Source of the DNA: Patescibacteria group bacterium
GTDB taxonomy: Bacteria; Patescibacteriota; Patescibacteriia; UBA2591; CALHIP01
Reading direction: 5' to 3'
Assembly (NCBI GenBank): GCA_026417895.1
Contig: JAOACJ010000003.1
Location: 1-61,804 of the forward strand
Length of the DNA: 61,804 nt
The notes beneath the pieces are model-generated. The model searched no databases. It was given only the letters and a program-made list of their open reading frames with translations, and was not told the DNA's origin. The translations under genes were made by a program, and so were the position numbers. Below, in pieces: positions 30,230 through 40,609 of this stretch (its first letter is position 1; each line of letters starts with the position of its first letter).

Positions 30230-30616
30230 TTAGCTAAAATTTTTATTTTTTTTCTTTTGATAATCTTCAATTGCTGCCCGAAGTGCCTGTTCAGCCAAAA
30301 CCGAACAATGAATTTTCTGGGGCGGCAAACCACCGGCTTGTTCAGCCACGGCTTGATTAGATATTTTTAAAGCTTCATCTAAAGTTTTTCCTTTAATCAT
30401 TTCCGTCAAAATTGAACTGGTGGCAATAGCGGCGGCACAGCCAAAGGTCATAAAACTTGCCTCGGTAATTACATTATCCTTAACCTTGATGAAAAGTTTC
30501 ATGACGTCGCCACAGGCTTTATTACCTACTTCACCTACCCCATCAGCCTCTTTCATTTCGCCAAAATTACGAGGTTTGCGAAAATGGTCCATTATTTTAT
30601 CACTATAGTAAGCCAT
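30230..30616 (-). CDS. iscU: Fe-S cluster scaffold IscU/NifU
   Basis: YSDKIMDHF..PRN.G, GNKACGD, FGCAAAIA.SS, K.HCSVL. Confidence 0.95.
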   Translation of the reverse strand: MAYYSDKIMDHFRKPRNFGEMKEADGVGEVGNKACGDVMKLFIKVKDNVITEASFMTFGCAAAIATSSILTEMIKGKTLDEALKISNQAVAEQAGGLPPQKIHCSVLAEQALRAAIEDYQKKKNKNFS

Positions 30617-30623
30617 ATAAAGA

Positions 30624-30674
30624 TTAGTTATTAGTTATTAGTTATTTGGTTATTTGGTTATTGGTTATTGGTTA
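30624..30674. repeat. Heptamer/octamer array spanning the iscS stop and the iscS-iscU spacer
   Basis: TTAGTTA x3, TTTGGTTA x2, TTGGTTA x2. Confidence 0.92.
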
Positions 30675-31870
30675 ATTTTTTTATAAAAAGGAGAGATTGA
30701 ACGCAATTTTTTTATTATCTGGGGGAAAATTTTCAAAAAATAATTAATCTCTCTCTCTTTAGTAAACCGGCCTAAGGTTAGACGTAAAGAAGAATGCGCT
30801 TCTGCATCGGAAAGCCCGATCGCTTTTAAAACATGTGATGGGCGAAGACTTTTCGATGAACAGGCTGAACCAGTTGAGGCAGCGATACCAACCTCATTTA
30901 AGGCAAGAACCATTGCTTCGCCCTCAACACCCTCAATGGAAAAATTAAGATTATTTGGCAGGCGTAGATGGGGATGGCCATTAAGACGAACATCTTTAAT
31001 TTTTTCAAAAATACCCTTGATCATTTTTTCTTTTAACTGGATTAATTTTTGATATTCTTCATTCATTGTCTCTCGGGCCAATTCAACGGCTTTGGCAAAG
31101 CCAACAATGCCGGCAACGTTTTCGGTCCCAGAACGAATTCCTTGTTCATGTCCACCACCATGTAAGAGTGGTTCAATTTTTACGCCCCGACGAAGATAGA
31201 GTAGTCCAATACCCTTTGGTCCATATAATTTGTGGGCTGAGGCAGAAAGTAAATCAACTCCCAACTCATCAACATTAATTGGTAGGTGACCAAAACTTTG
31301 AACAGCGTCCGTATGAAAGTAAATTGGTATTTTGATACCTATTTCATACCTTCTGGCTCTAATTTTCTTAACTATTTTCCCAATTTCTGCAATCGGCTGA
31401 ATCGTTCCGATTTCATTATTAGCCTGCATTATTGAAATTAAAATTGTTTCATTAGTGATGGCTTTTTCGACTTCATTGAGATTAACCAAGCCATTCCTAT
31501 CCACTGGCAGATAAGTAATTTTAAACCCTCTTTTTTCTAACCAATGACAAGGCTCTAAAACGGCGTGATGTTCAATTTGTGAAGTAATAATATGCTGACC
31601 AAATTTTTCGTTGGCTAAAGCCACTCCTTTAATGGCTAAATTATTGGACTCAGTCCCACCACTAGTAAAAATAATTTCCTCTTTTTTAGCGCTAATAAAA
31701 TTAGCTATTATTTCGCGGGATTTTTCAATGGCCTCCTTAGCTTCTTGTCCTAATAAATAAATAGTTGAAGCGTTACCATATTTTTTTTTCAAATACGGCA
31801 ACATTGCGACCAAAACTCTCTTATCTAGTGGTGTAGTTGCCGCATTATCGAAATAAACTTTTATTTTCAT
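30665..31870 (-). CDS. iscS: Cysteine desulfurase
   Basis: YFDNAATT, FTSGGTESNN, HTDAVQ, SAHKLYGPKG, RSGTEN, STGSACSS. Confidence 0.96.
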   Translation of the reverse strand: MKIKVYFDNAATTPLDKRVLVAMLPYLKKKYGNASTIYLLGQEAKEAIEKSREIIANFISAKKEEIIFTSGGTESNNLAIKGVALANEKFGQHIITSQIEHHAVLEPCHWLEKRGFKITYLPVDRNGLVNLNEVEKAITNETILISIMQANNEIGTIQPIAEIGKIVKKIRARRYEIGIKIPIYFHTDAVQSFGHLPINVDELGVDLLSASAHKLYGPKGIGLLYLRRGVKIEPLLHGGGHEQGIRSGTENVAGIVGFAKAVELARETMNEEYQKLIQLKEKMIKGIFEKIKDVRLNGHPHLRLPNNLNFSIEGVEGEAMVLALNEVGIAASTGSACSSKSLRPSHVLKAIGLSDAEAHSSLRLTLGRFTKEREINYFLKIFPQIIKKLRSISPFYKKINQ

Positions 31871-31953
31871 AAAACAAAATTTGAAAGCTTATATTTTTCT
31901 ATTTTATCCTCTTTCTTTTTAAAAGTCAAGATGATATAATATAAAATAAATAG

Positions 31954-33633
31954 ATGAAAAACCCTCCACAAACTTTAAAAATTATTCCCTTAGGCGGTTC
32001 AGAAGAGGTTGGCAAAAACTGCACCGTTTTTGAATACGGCCAAGAAATCATTGTTCTCGACCTCGGACTTGATTTTCCAACCGAAGAGACACCAGGTGTT
32101 GATTATATTATTCCTGATGTTAGTTATTTGAAAAAAAATAAAGAAAAAATAAAAGCTATTGTCATTAGTCACGGTCATCTTGACCACATTGGCGCTATTC
32201 CTTATATAATTTCTGAGATTGGCTATCCACCCATTTACGGCCTGCCCCTTACTATTGGATTAATTGGTGAACGCTTAGAAGAGTTTAATTTAGAAAAGAA
32301 AGTAAGGTTAAAGAGAGTTAACCTTGATTCAGTTTTAGAATTTAAAAACTTCCGCCTTTCTTTTTTCCATGTTAATCATAATATTCCTGATTCGATGGGT
32401 ATTGTTTTTGAAACACCGGTTGGCAAAGTTGTCCACACCGGTGATTTTAAAATTGATTTAACACCAACGGATCAAAAACCAATTGATTTAGAAAAAATTA
32501 AAAATCTAGGTAAACAAGAAATCTTGGTTCTTCTTTCTGACAGTGTCAACGCCGCCGAGCCTGGCAAAACCGTTTCCGAACAACAAGTCGCAACAATGAT
32601 TGATAACCTTTTTTCGAAAATCAAGGGCCGGATTATTTTTACTACCTTCTCCACCCTTATCACTCGTATCCAAGAATTAATCAAGGTGGCAGAAAAATAT
32701 GGTCGGCGGGTCGTCATCGCTGGTCTAGCTATGGAGAAAACTTGTCGGGTTGCCATTGAGCTTGGTTATTTAAAAGTCAAACCAGAAACTTTAATTTGGC
32801 CCCATCAAATGAAAAAAATTTCGCCGGAAAAAATTGTTGTCCTTGCTTCCGGCTCACAGGGAATGGAAAATTCCGCCCTCTCTCGCATTTCTATTGGCAA
32901 ACATCGTTTTGTTAAAATTAAAAAGGGCGATACGGTTATTTTTTCTTCTTCGCCAATTCCTGGTAATGAAAGGGCTATTCATGATTTAATGAATAACCTT
33001 GTTGATCACGGCGCCAAAGTAATCTACGAACCACTTTTTGGTATTCATGCCTCTGGTCATGCTCAACGGGATGACTTGAGGTTGATTCTTTCTTTAATTA
33101 AACCTCGATATTTTGTCCCAGCTTATGGTGAACATTATATGCAAGTTGCTCATGCGGAAATCGCTCAGGAAGTTGGTTTGTCTCCAGAAAATATTTTTAT
33201 TTTAAATAATGGTGATTGTTTAGAAATCGATCAAAATAAAATTGCTCGCCTCATTAAAAACAAAGCACCAAATGAGGCTATTCTGGTTGACGGTCTGGGA
33301 GTTGGCGATATTAAACATGTCGTCTTACGCGATCGCAAAACTTTGTCAAAGGCCGGAATTTTTGTTATTATCTTATTAACTGAGAGAAAAAGAAAGATTA
33401 TTAATCATTTAGAAGTTGTCTCGCGAGGTTTTGTTTTTCTCAAAGAATCAGAAAAATTAATTAAAGAAACAAAAAATAAAATCAAAAAAATTACCAAAAA
33501 ATATCTCAAATCGCAAGCAAAAATTATTGATTGGGAGCCATTAAAAAATAAACTTCGCAATCAGATCGGCGATTTCCTTTTTTCCAAAACTGGTCGCCGA
33601 CCAATGATTTTGCCTATAGTGATTGAGATATAA
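31954..33633 (+). CDS. rnj: Ribonuclease J
   Basis: PLGG.EEVGKN, SHGHLDHIGA, HTGDFKID, SSSPIPGNE, HASGHA, RRPMILP. Confidence 0.96.
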   Translation: MKNPPQTLKIIPLGGSEEVGKNCTVFEYGQEIIVLDLGLDFPTEETPGVDYIIPDVSYLKKNKEKIKAIVISHGHLDHIGAIPYIISEIGYPPIYGLPLTIGLIGERLEEFNLEKKVRLKRVNLDSVLEFKNFRLSFFHVNHNIPDSMGIVFETPVGKVVHTGDFKIDLTPTDQKPIDLEKIKNLGKQEILVLLSDSVNAAEPGKTVSEQQVATMIDNLFSKIKGRIIFTTFSTLITRIQELIKVAEKYGRRVVIAGLAMEKTCRVAIELGYLKVKPETLIWPHQMKKISPEKIVVLASGSQGMENSALSRISIGKHRFVKIKKGDTVIFSSSPIPGNERAIHDLMNNLVDHGAKVIYEPLFGIHASGHAQRDDLRLILSLIKPRYFVPAYGEHYMQVAHAEIAQEVGLSPENIFILNNGDCLEIDQNKIARLIKNKAPNEAILVDGLGVGDIKHVVLRDRKTLSKAGIFVIILLTERKRKIINHLEVVSRGFVFLKESEKLIKETKNKIKKITKKYLKSQAKIIDWEPLKNKLRNQIGDFLFSKTGRRPMILPIVIEI

Positions 33634-33657
33634 TTTATTATTATTGAATAAAAACTT

Positions 33658-34635
33658 ATGCCTCGTGTTTTTTCTGGTATGCGGCCAAGTGGTGAGTTGC
33701 ATTTAGGCAACTACCTCGGCGCATTAAAAAATTGGCTAGCTCTACAGAATCAATATGAGTGTCTTTTTTGTATTGTTGATTATCATGCCATTACCACTCC
33801 TTTTGAACCAAAAAAAATGAAAAAGAAGATTTTTGATTTAGCCGTCAGTTATTTAGCCGCTGGTCTCGACCCAAAAAAATCAATTATTTTTATCCAATCA
33901 GAAGTTCCGGAAGTAACAGAATTGGCCTGGATTTTCAACAGCATCACACCGATTGGCGAATTAAAAAGAATGACCCAATTTAAAGAAAAATCAAAGCAAC
34001 ACCCCGAATCGGTAAATATCGGTCTACTTGATTATCCAGTTTTAATGGCGGCTGATATTTTACTTTATAAGGCAGAATTAGTGCCAGTTGGCGAAGACCA
34101 AGTTCAACACGTAGAATTAACACGGACCATTGCGAGAAAATTCAACAAAATCTTTGGCCCAACCTTTCCTGAACCAAAAGTAGTTCTTACTAAGGCGCCG
34201 CGAGTAATGAGTTTAAAGGATCCAACAAAAAAAATGAGTAAGACTGGTGATGAGGGTATTGCTTTAGTTGATCCACCAGAAATAATCTGGAAAAAACTTT
34301 CTATTGCTGTTACTGACCCGGCCAGAAAAAGAAGAACAGACCCTGGCGAGCCCAAAAAATGTAATCTTTATAGTTTGCACGAATTATTTACTGAGGAAAA
34401 AATAAAAAGAGAGATGGCTAAAAAATGCCGCACCGCTCAAGTCGGTTGTTTAGAATGTAAAAAAATTTTGGCTGAAAACATTGCCAAAGAATTAGCGCCA
34501 TTTAGAAAAAAATATCTCGAATTATCGAAAAATCAAGGCCTAATAAATAAAATTTTAGCTGACGGTGCTCAACGAGCTAAGAAAATTGCTTCGGAAACAC
34601 TCAATGAAGTTAAGAAAAAAATCGGTTTGAGATAA
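33658..34635 (+). CDS. trpS: Tryptophanyl-tRNA synthetase
   Basis: SGMRPSGELHLGNYLGA, YPVLMAADIL, VPVGEDQ.QH, KKMSK. Confidence 0.98.
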   Translation: MPRVFSGMRPSGELHLGNYLGALKNWLALQNQYECLFCIVDYHAITTPFEPKKMKKKIFDLAVSYLAAGLDPKKSIIFIQSEVPEVTELAWIFNSITPIGELKRMTQFKEKSKQHPESVNIGLLDYPVLMAADILLYKAELVPVGEDQVQHVELTRTIARKFNKIFGPTFPEPKVVLTKAPRVMSLKDPTKKMSKTGDEGIALVDPPEIIWKKLSIAVTDPARKRRTDPGEPKKCNLYSLHELFTEEKIKREMAKKCRTAQVGCLECKKILAENIAKELAPFRKKYLELSKNQGLINKILADGAQRAKKIASETLNEVKKKIGLR

Positions 34636-34662
34636 ATGAGATAAAAAAAGAAATTAAATAAC

Positions 34663-34694
34663 AAAAAGATCGCCAAAAATATGGCGATCTTTTT
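34663..34694. terminator. Bidirectional intrinsic terminator
   Basis: AAAAAGATCGCCA-6 nt-TGGCGATCTTTTT between convergent trpS and the thioredoxin-like gene. Confidence 0.85.
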
Positions 34695-34727
34695 TATACT
34701 ATCTATATTGATCTTTTTATCAATCTT

Positions 34728-35357
34728 TTATCCCTTCAAAAGTTTCTCAATTAAGTCACGAAATTCTTTTTCTTCTTTTGGCAAACCTGCCGCACCCTCT
34801 CTTTCATAAGCATTGCCAATCCGATAATAACGACAGCCAAAAACAAAGGTTGGGATCGAACCATAAGGATTAAATTCTTGAAAAACATTCATCTCTGTCT
34901 CGGGGACTGAACCTTCCTTTTGCGGAGTTAAAGTGTCATCTTCTTGGCCTTTATCTAGTTGCCAGTGATAGGCAATGATTTTTTTCTTTTGAACATACTC
35001 TTTTGCCACCTTATCAAAGGTTTCTTTTATCCATTGACAATGAGGACACCAACTAGTGGTAAAAAGTCTGACAATTGGTTTACCGTCTTTCTTACAAACT
35101 GGTTTGCCGGTATCAATAAAGGAACCGACTGGTGTTCCTGAAGGTTCTTGTGGTGTGGGTTGGTTTGGTGTTTCACTTAAAGCACCAGTTGCTTTATTTT
35201 CTAAAGCCATATCCGCTCTCATCTTATTCATTACTGTATAGGAATAAACCAGACTCAGGGTAGCAAAAAGAGCAATTCCGGTAATAATACCGAAAATAAA
35301 AGTCGTTTTTGGCGAAACAACTTCCCAAAATTTCTTTTTTGTTTGTTCTCCGTTCAT
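34728..35357 (-). CDS. Membrane-anchored thioredoxin-fold protein
   Basis: N-terminal TM, WCPHC active site, cis-Pro loop SIPTFVFGC; promoter TTGACA-16-TAGAAT at 35417-35390. Confidence 0.85.
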   Translation of the reverse strand: MNGEQTKKKFWEVVSPKTTFIFGIITGIALFATLSLVYSYTVMNKMRADMALENKATGALSETPNQPTPQEPSGTPVGSFIDTGKPVCKKDGKPIVRLFTTSWCPHCQWIKETFDKVAKEYVQKKKIIAYHWQLDKGQEDDTLTPQKEGSVPETEMNVFQEFNPYGSIPTFVFGCRYYRIGNAYEREGAAGLPKEEKEFRDLIEKLLKG

Positions 35358-35413
35358 AAAGTTAAAGTTAATAAATTAAAGAAGATTTTATTCTAACATT
35401 AATAAAAAATTTG

Positions 35414-36193
35414 TCAAGTTCTCTGAAGTTGTATTTTCTGTCCTAACCAATGATAAGCAACCTCACGAAATTTTGGTGTTAAATCAGAAACGAAAAATTG
35501 ATGATTGTGGCTTTTGACTATTTTTTTTTCAATCTCTGAATTTTTTTCTAAAAATTCTTTTAATTTGAAAATTACTTCCTCTCCCGGATCAACGAGTCTG
35601 ACTTGCCGGCCGATTTTTAATTGAATCTGGTGGCGCAGTAGAGGATAATGAGTACAGGCCATAATTAAAGTATCAATTTGCGCCATCTTTAATGGATGAA
35701 GATAAGATTTAATAATCCTTTTTGTCTCGGCTTTTTTCAGCCAACCTTCTTCAACTAAGGGAACAAGCAGCGGGGCAGCTTGGGAGAAAACTTTAAGAGC
35801 TGAATTCTTCTCCTGAATTAACTTTTCATAAATTCGAGAATTAACCGTGGCTCGAGTGCCGATGACGCCAATTCTTTTGTTTCTTGTTATTTTGACGGCT
35901 TTTTCGACAGCTGGTGTTACAACTTCAAAAATTGGTAGTGAAAAATTCTTTTTTAAATTTTCATAAGCCACGGCTGAAACGGTATTACAAGCCACAACGA
36001 TAATCTTGGCCCCTTTTTTAATTAAAAAATCAGCTGCTTCTCGGGCATACTTTTCAATTACTTCTTTACCCCGACCACCATAGGGCGTACGAGCCGTATC
36101 ACCAAAATATAGAATTTGATATTCGGGTAAAATTTCAAATATCTTCTTAACAACTGTTAAGCCGCCAATACCTGAATCAAAAACACCAATCAT
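35414..36193 (-). CDS. murI: Glutamate racemase
   Basis: IGVFDSGIGGLTV, YFGDTAR.PYG, VACNT, ACTHYP; start placed at ATG 36193. Confidence 0.97.
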   Translation of the reverse strand: MIGVFDSGIGGLTVVKKIFEILPEYQILYFGDTARTPYGGRGKEVIEKYAREAADFLIKKGAKIIVVACNTVSAVAYENLKKNFSLPIFEVVTPAVEKAVKITRNKRIGVIGTRATVNSRIYEKLIQEKNSALKVFSQAAPLLVPLVEEGWLKKAETKRIIKSYLHPLKMAQIDTLIMACTHYPLLRHQIQLKIGRQVRLVDPGEEVIFKLKEFLEKNSEIEKKIVKSHNHQFFVSDLTPKFREVAYHWLGQKIQLQRT

Positions 36194-36311
36194 AAAAATG
36201 ACCTCATCAGATTCTAATTTCAAAATCTTCGATTTTTAAATTTTCTTTACTAAACATTAGAATAATTAGAAATTAAACTGTTTTAAAATTAAATTGAATC
36301 CTTCATTCTTT

Positions 36312-37706
36312 TTAACCACTTCTCCATTTTTTTCCTATTTGAGGATATCTTTCTAATTTTTTTCTAAAAATTTCTTCAATTTCTCTCATCCTTTTTTCAT
36401 TTGTTGCTTCAAAGCCCAAAACTAGAACCGGTAAATTAGAAGAGGCGCGCACCAACCCCCAACCATCATCAAATTCAACTCGTACTCCGTTAATGGTAAT
36501 TAATTTTTCTTTACCAAATTCTTCTTCAAAATCTTTAGTCAATTTTTCAATTATCTGATATTTAATCTCATCAGGACAGTCAACATGCCAATTTGGCGAA
36601 TTTACATAACGACGAGCCGGAGCAACTAATTCAGAAATTTTTTTCTTTTCCTCTGATAGATATTCTAACAATTTAAGGGCAGCGTAAATGGCATCATCAT
36701 AACTGTAATAATCTTCTCGAAAAAAAATATGACCACTCCGTTCACCAGCTAAAGCCGCATCAACTTCTTGAGCTTTCTGTTTAATATAAGAATGTCCAAC
36801 TTTCCACATTACTGGCACACCTCCATGAGCCTTAATATCTTCAGCTAAAGCCCGAGTTGATTTAACGTCAAAAACAATTTTTGCGCCCGGTCTTTTTTTT
36901 AGGACGAGACGAGAAAGTAGAATCAAAATTTGATCTGGCCAAACAGGTTCTCCATTTTCATCGACACAACCCAAACGATCGCCATCACCATCGAAGGCCA
37001 TTCCTAAATCGGCTTTCACTTCTCGCACTTTTCTAGCTAATGCCTCTAAACTTGCAACAAGGGTTGGGTTTGGCTCATGATGAGGAAAGGAAAAGTCTAA
37101 ATCACAATATTGTTCGATAACCTCACAGCCGGCTTCTTTTAAAATTGGCGGAACGATCGGTCCAGCCGTCCCATTGCCAGCATCAACAACCACTTTTAAA
37201 GGTCTTTTAATCTTGATTTTTTTTAACACATAATTTTTGTAATCTTCATTAATTTTCTCATATTTCTTAATCTGACCCACTCTTTGAATAAAATCTCCTC
37301 TCTCGATAATCTGACGAAGTTCTTCAATTCCTTCCGGCAGTAAAGTAGTAGAAAAACCATAGCCCAACTTAAAACCACTCCAACCGTTCGGATTATGTGA
37401 GGCAGTAACCATGGCCACGCCTTTAATTTTAAGATGATATTGAGCAAAGTATAAAATCGGGGTTAGTGTCATGCCCACGTCAGTAATATTAACACCAGTT
37501 GACACTAGACCACTTACAAAAAAATTTTTTAATCTCTCAGAATATTCACGAGCATCATAACCAACAACTACTTCCCTGATATTTTTTTGATCCAGAAAAG
37601 TACCAAAACCTTGACCAATAATTTTAACCGTTTCTTCATTTAAATCTTTATCAACTCGACCTCGAATGTCATATTCGCGAAAAATTGTTGGGTTGATTTG
37701 AGACAT
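36312..37706 (-). CDS. Phosphomannomutase/phosphoglucomutase
   Basis: IFREYDIRG, VTASHNP, FDGDGDR, AGERSGH, VRASSN.P.LV. Confidence 0.95.
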   Translation of the reverse strand: MSQINPTIFREYDIRGRVDKDLNEETVKIIGQGFGTFLDQKNIREVVVGYDAREYSERLKNFFVSGLVSTGVNITDVGMTLTPILYFAQYHLKIKGVAMVTASHNPNGWSGFKLGYGFSTTLLPEGIEELRQIIERGDFIQRVGQIKKYEKINEDYKNYVLKKIKIKRPLKVVVDAGNGTAGPIVPPILKEAGCEVIEQYCDLDFSFPHHEPNPTLVASLEALARKVREVKADLGMAFDGDGDRLGCVDENGEPVWPDQILILLSRLVLKKRPGAKIVFDVKSTRALAEDIKAHGGVPVMWKVGHSYIKQKAQEVDAALAGERSGHIFFREDYYSYDDAIYAALKLLEYLSEEKKKISELVAPARRYVNSPNWHVDCPDEIKYQIIEKLTKDFEEEFGKEKLITINGVRVEFDDGWGLVRASSNLPVLVLGFEATNEKRMREIEEIFRKKLERYPQIGKKWRSG

Positions 37707-37714
37707 TTTTGTGA

Positions 37715-38551
37715 TTAAATTTTTTTAATTATCTCTCTTGTCTTTTTCCCTAGAAAAGTTTGGGCTAAAAAATTTTTAATCTCTTCACTCGTCGGCGTTG
37801 ATTCTTTCTTTAAACCTTCGAGCTGTTTCGAAAAAAATTCTCGCAGATTACTGATAATTCTTGAGTAAGGCAGAAAAGTGGCTCTTCCAGTTTGAGAAAA
37901 TTTCTCTAGCTGAAGATTCATTTGTTCTAAAAATTCATAAAGAATAGCGTTGATTAATTCATCTTTTTGAAAACTTTCGTCTTTTTTAAGTTCTTCAACT
38001 CTTGTTGTATGACTCAAATAATGAAAAAAGCGATTGATCGTTTCTAAGCCAGCTATTTTGGGCAGAGTTAAAACAAACCTCAAAGCCTCAGGATTATTTT
38101 TTCTTATTTCTGGAGGAATCTCTAGTGGGACAGGGTTACTGTTTTTAAAACATTCAAACTTTTCTTCTAGCACCGTTTCTTTACTATTTAGTGTCAAATC
38201 AATAGCTAATAAAATGTCTTTTTCTTCACCAAGATAAATAATTAAATCAACACCGTTCTGGTCGTCACGAGGATCGCTTAACCAAATTTTGGCATTTTCA
38301 CCAAAAAATTTTTTCGCTGCCAAAATTTCAGCTAAAACATTTTCCCATTCTTTACCTACTTTCCATTCGCCAGTTCCTATTTTCTCCCACCGAATCCTTC
38401 CCCAACAACTTAATGTTCTTTTTGTCTGTTCTGAATAATTTAAAAAGGAAATAATCATTTTTCTTTTTTCTCGATTTTCCATCATTTCTTGATAGACCTC
38501 TTGAGTCTGTCGAAAAATATTAGGAAAGATTTTCTCTTTTTCTAATTCCAT
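37715..38551 (-). CDS. Hypothetical protein, possible PD-(D/E)xK-like fold
   Basis: SD.RDDQNGVDLII...LLAIDLT resembles a D...D-x-K/T nuclease core; otherwise unrecognised. Confidence 0.55.
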   Translation of the reverse strand: MELEKEKIFPNIFRQTQEVYQEMMENREKRKMIISFLNYSEQTKRTLSCWGRIRWEKIGTGEWKVGKEWENVLAEILAAKKFFGENAKIWLSDPRDDQNGVDLIIYLGEEKDILLAIDLTLNSKETVLEEKFECFKNSNPVPLEIPPEIRKNNPEALRFVLTLPKIAGLETINRFFHYLSHTTRVEELKKDESFQKDELINAILYEFLEQMNLQLEKFSQTGRATFLPYSRIISNLREFFSKQLEGLKKESTPTSEEIKNFLAQTFLGKKTREIIKKI

Positions 38552-38589
38552 AATATTGGCAAGTTAATTGTTAATAGAAATTTATTATA

Positions 38590-39309
38590 TCACTTTTTAG
38601 CTAAAGCAACAAGGTTAAAGCTTTTAAGCCAGTTTGACTTTTGGCCTCTTTCTTCATAAAAAATATCTTGAACTTTAAAATGAACTTTTTCTAAGATTTT
38701 TTTTAACTCTTTTTTGGTAAAAGCGTGGTAAAATCTTTGAATAATTTCGTTTGAAGAAAGATGCCAGGGGACAAAGAAATCTTTCCAACCTAAATCTTGA
38801 TATAATTTTGGTTTTTTTAAGCGCTGAATGAAATTATGAAAAAATAATTTTGGTTGCCAAAGATTCCAGCAAGTTAAAAAAAGATAGCCGTCAATCTTCA
38901 AAACACGATACGCCTCACTTAGTACCTTAATCTGTAATTTTTGCGAGGGGAGGTGTGGTAAAACGGCTATCATAAAAACTGCGTCAAATTCTTCGTCTCG
39001 AAATTCTAAATTTAAAGCGTCCATCACCAAAAATTCTGACCTTGTCATTGGGAATTTCTTTTTCGCCATTTCTACCAACCTCTCTGAGTTATCAATCCCT
39101 ACATATTCAATGCTTTTTTCTTTGAGTAAATCATAAAGTCTTCCATTGCCACAGCCAATATCTAAAATTTTATCCCCATCGTTTAGATAAGCCAAAAATA
39201 ATTTCATCACCCCCCAAGGCCATTGTCTGGTTTGAGAAAATTGCTCAGCAATTTTCTCATAATTTTTCTTTGTCTCCTCTAAAATTCTCTGAGCTATTTC
39301 TTCTCTCAT
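38590..39309 (-). CDS. SAM-dependent methyltransferase, Trm9/ALKBH8-like
   Basis: YEKIAEQFSQTR.WPW, LDIGCGNGR, IAVL.HL, LTCW, DFFVPW, RFYH.F...EL and NLVALAKK parallel yeast Trm9 blocks (recalled). Confidence 0.75.
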   Translation of the reverse strand: MREEIAQRILEETKKNYEKIAEQFSQTRQWPWGVMKLFLAYLNDGDKILDIGCGNGRLYDLLKEKSIEYVGIDNSERLVEMAKKKFPMTRSEFLVMDALNLEFRDEEFDAVFMIAVLPHLPSQKLQIKVLSEAYRVLKIDGYLFLTCWNLWQPKLFFHNFIQRLKKPKLYQDLGWKDFFVPWHLSSNEIIQRFYHAFTKKELKKILEKVHFKVQDIFYEERGQKSNWLKSFNLVALAKK

Positions 39310-39383
39310 ATTTTTATTATAATCTATAGAAAATTTTTGAAAATATGTTAAAATGTCTAAAATAAAATTAACTTATCCCCTCT

Positions 39384-40517
39384 ATGACCTTTAAAAAAAA
39401 TCGTCATTTTCTCAAAGCCTGGGCAACTTTTACCGGAACAATTGTTGGTGTCGGTATCTTTGGTCTGCCTTATGTGGCGATGAAAGCTGGTTTTTTTGTC
39501 GTTCTTTTCTATTTTCTCGCCATTATTTTTTTAGCCATTATTGTTCATTCTCTTTTAGGTGAGGTTGCCCGCGATACCCATAAGGTAGCACGCATTCCTG
39601 GTTACGCCGAAGAATATATTGGCCCAAAAGCAAAGAATTTTGCTTTTATTGTTTCCTCTTTGTCTCTAGTTGGTGCCTTACTTGCTTATTTGATTATTGG
39701 TGGCGAATTTCTATATCTTTTTCTGAAACCATGGTTAGGTGGCTGGCCAATTTTCTATATCCTCCTCTTTTTTCTTTTTGGTGCTTTTTTAATCTATCGC
39801 GGCATTGAGATTATTTCTCGTTTTGAATTAGTTATGCTAATTATTTTTGTTTTTCTTCTTCTTTTTTTCCTCTGGCGAGCCATTCCTTTTATCAAATTTG
39901 AACATTTTACGACTTTTAATTCTCGTTTTCTCACCTTGCCTTATGGTGTTGTCCTTTTTGCTCTTTGGGGTATTGCTTTGATTCCTGAAGTTAAAGAAAT
40001 GGTTGAAAGAGACCAGGAAAAATTAAGAAAAGTAATTATTTGGGGTATTTTGACCGCTGCTTTCTGTTATCTAATTTTTATTTTTGCCATTTTAGGCGCC
40101 TCTGGTCTAAAAACTTCAGAAAATGCTATTTCGGGTTTTGCTTTTGCTATTGGTGACCGCATTATTGCCATTGGTTATCTTTTTGGTTTGATTACCACTT
40201 TCACTTCTTTTATCACTTTGGGTTTAACATTAAAGAAAATTTTTTGGTATGATTTTAAAATTTCGCCAAAAATTTCTTGGGCCTTAACTTGTTTTATTCC
40301 CTTAACTTTATATTTCATCGGCGTGAAAAATTTCATTGAGGTTATTGGTTTAACTGGCGCGATTGCTTTGGGTTTAGAAGCAATCTTGGTAATTTTTATC
40401 TACAAAAATTTCATCCAACAAAGATTTCAACGACCAACGCCTTGGTGGCTTTATCCATTAGTTATTGCTTTGCTGATCGGCCTTGGTTTTGAAATTATCT
40501 ATCTTCTTTCAAAATAA
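39384..40517 (+). CDS. Aromatic amino acid (Mtr/TyrP-like) permease
   Basis: GTIVGVGIFGLPY, about 11 TM segments, LTLPYGVVLFALWG, ITTFTSF. Confidence 0.85.
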   Translation: MTFKKNRHFLKAWATFTGTIVGVGIFGLPYVAMKAGFFVVLFYFLAIIFLAIIVHSLLGEVARDTHKVARIPGYAEEYIGPKAKNFAFIVSSLSLVGALLAYLIIGGEFLYLFLKPWLGGWPIFYILLFFLFGAFLIYRGIEIISRFELVMLIIFVFLLLFFLWRAIPFIKFEHFTTFNSRFLTLPYGVVLFALWGIALIPEVKEMVERDQEKLRKVIIWGILTAAFCYLIFIFAILGASGLKTSENAISGFAFAIGDRIIAIGYLFGLITTFTSFITLGLTLKKIFWYDFKISPKISWALTCFIPLTLYFIGVKNFIEVIGLTGAIALGLEAILVIFIYKNFIQQRFQRPTPWWLYPLVIALLIGLGFEIIYLLSK

Positions 40518-40573
40518 AACATCTAATTAATTTCAAAATTCGAAAAGTTTTTCTTAAGCCCTTTTTATTTTTT

Positions 40574-40602
40574 TTGACAATCTTTTAAATTTTTATTAAA
40601 AT
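40574..40602 (+). promoter_or_regulatory. Sigma70 promoter of elp3 (predicted leaderless mRNA)
   Basis: TTGACA(40574-40579)-17-TAAAAT(40597-40602); ATG at 40610. Confidence 0.65.
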
Positions 40603-40609
40603 AAAAAAA

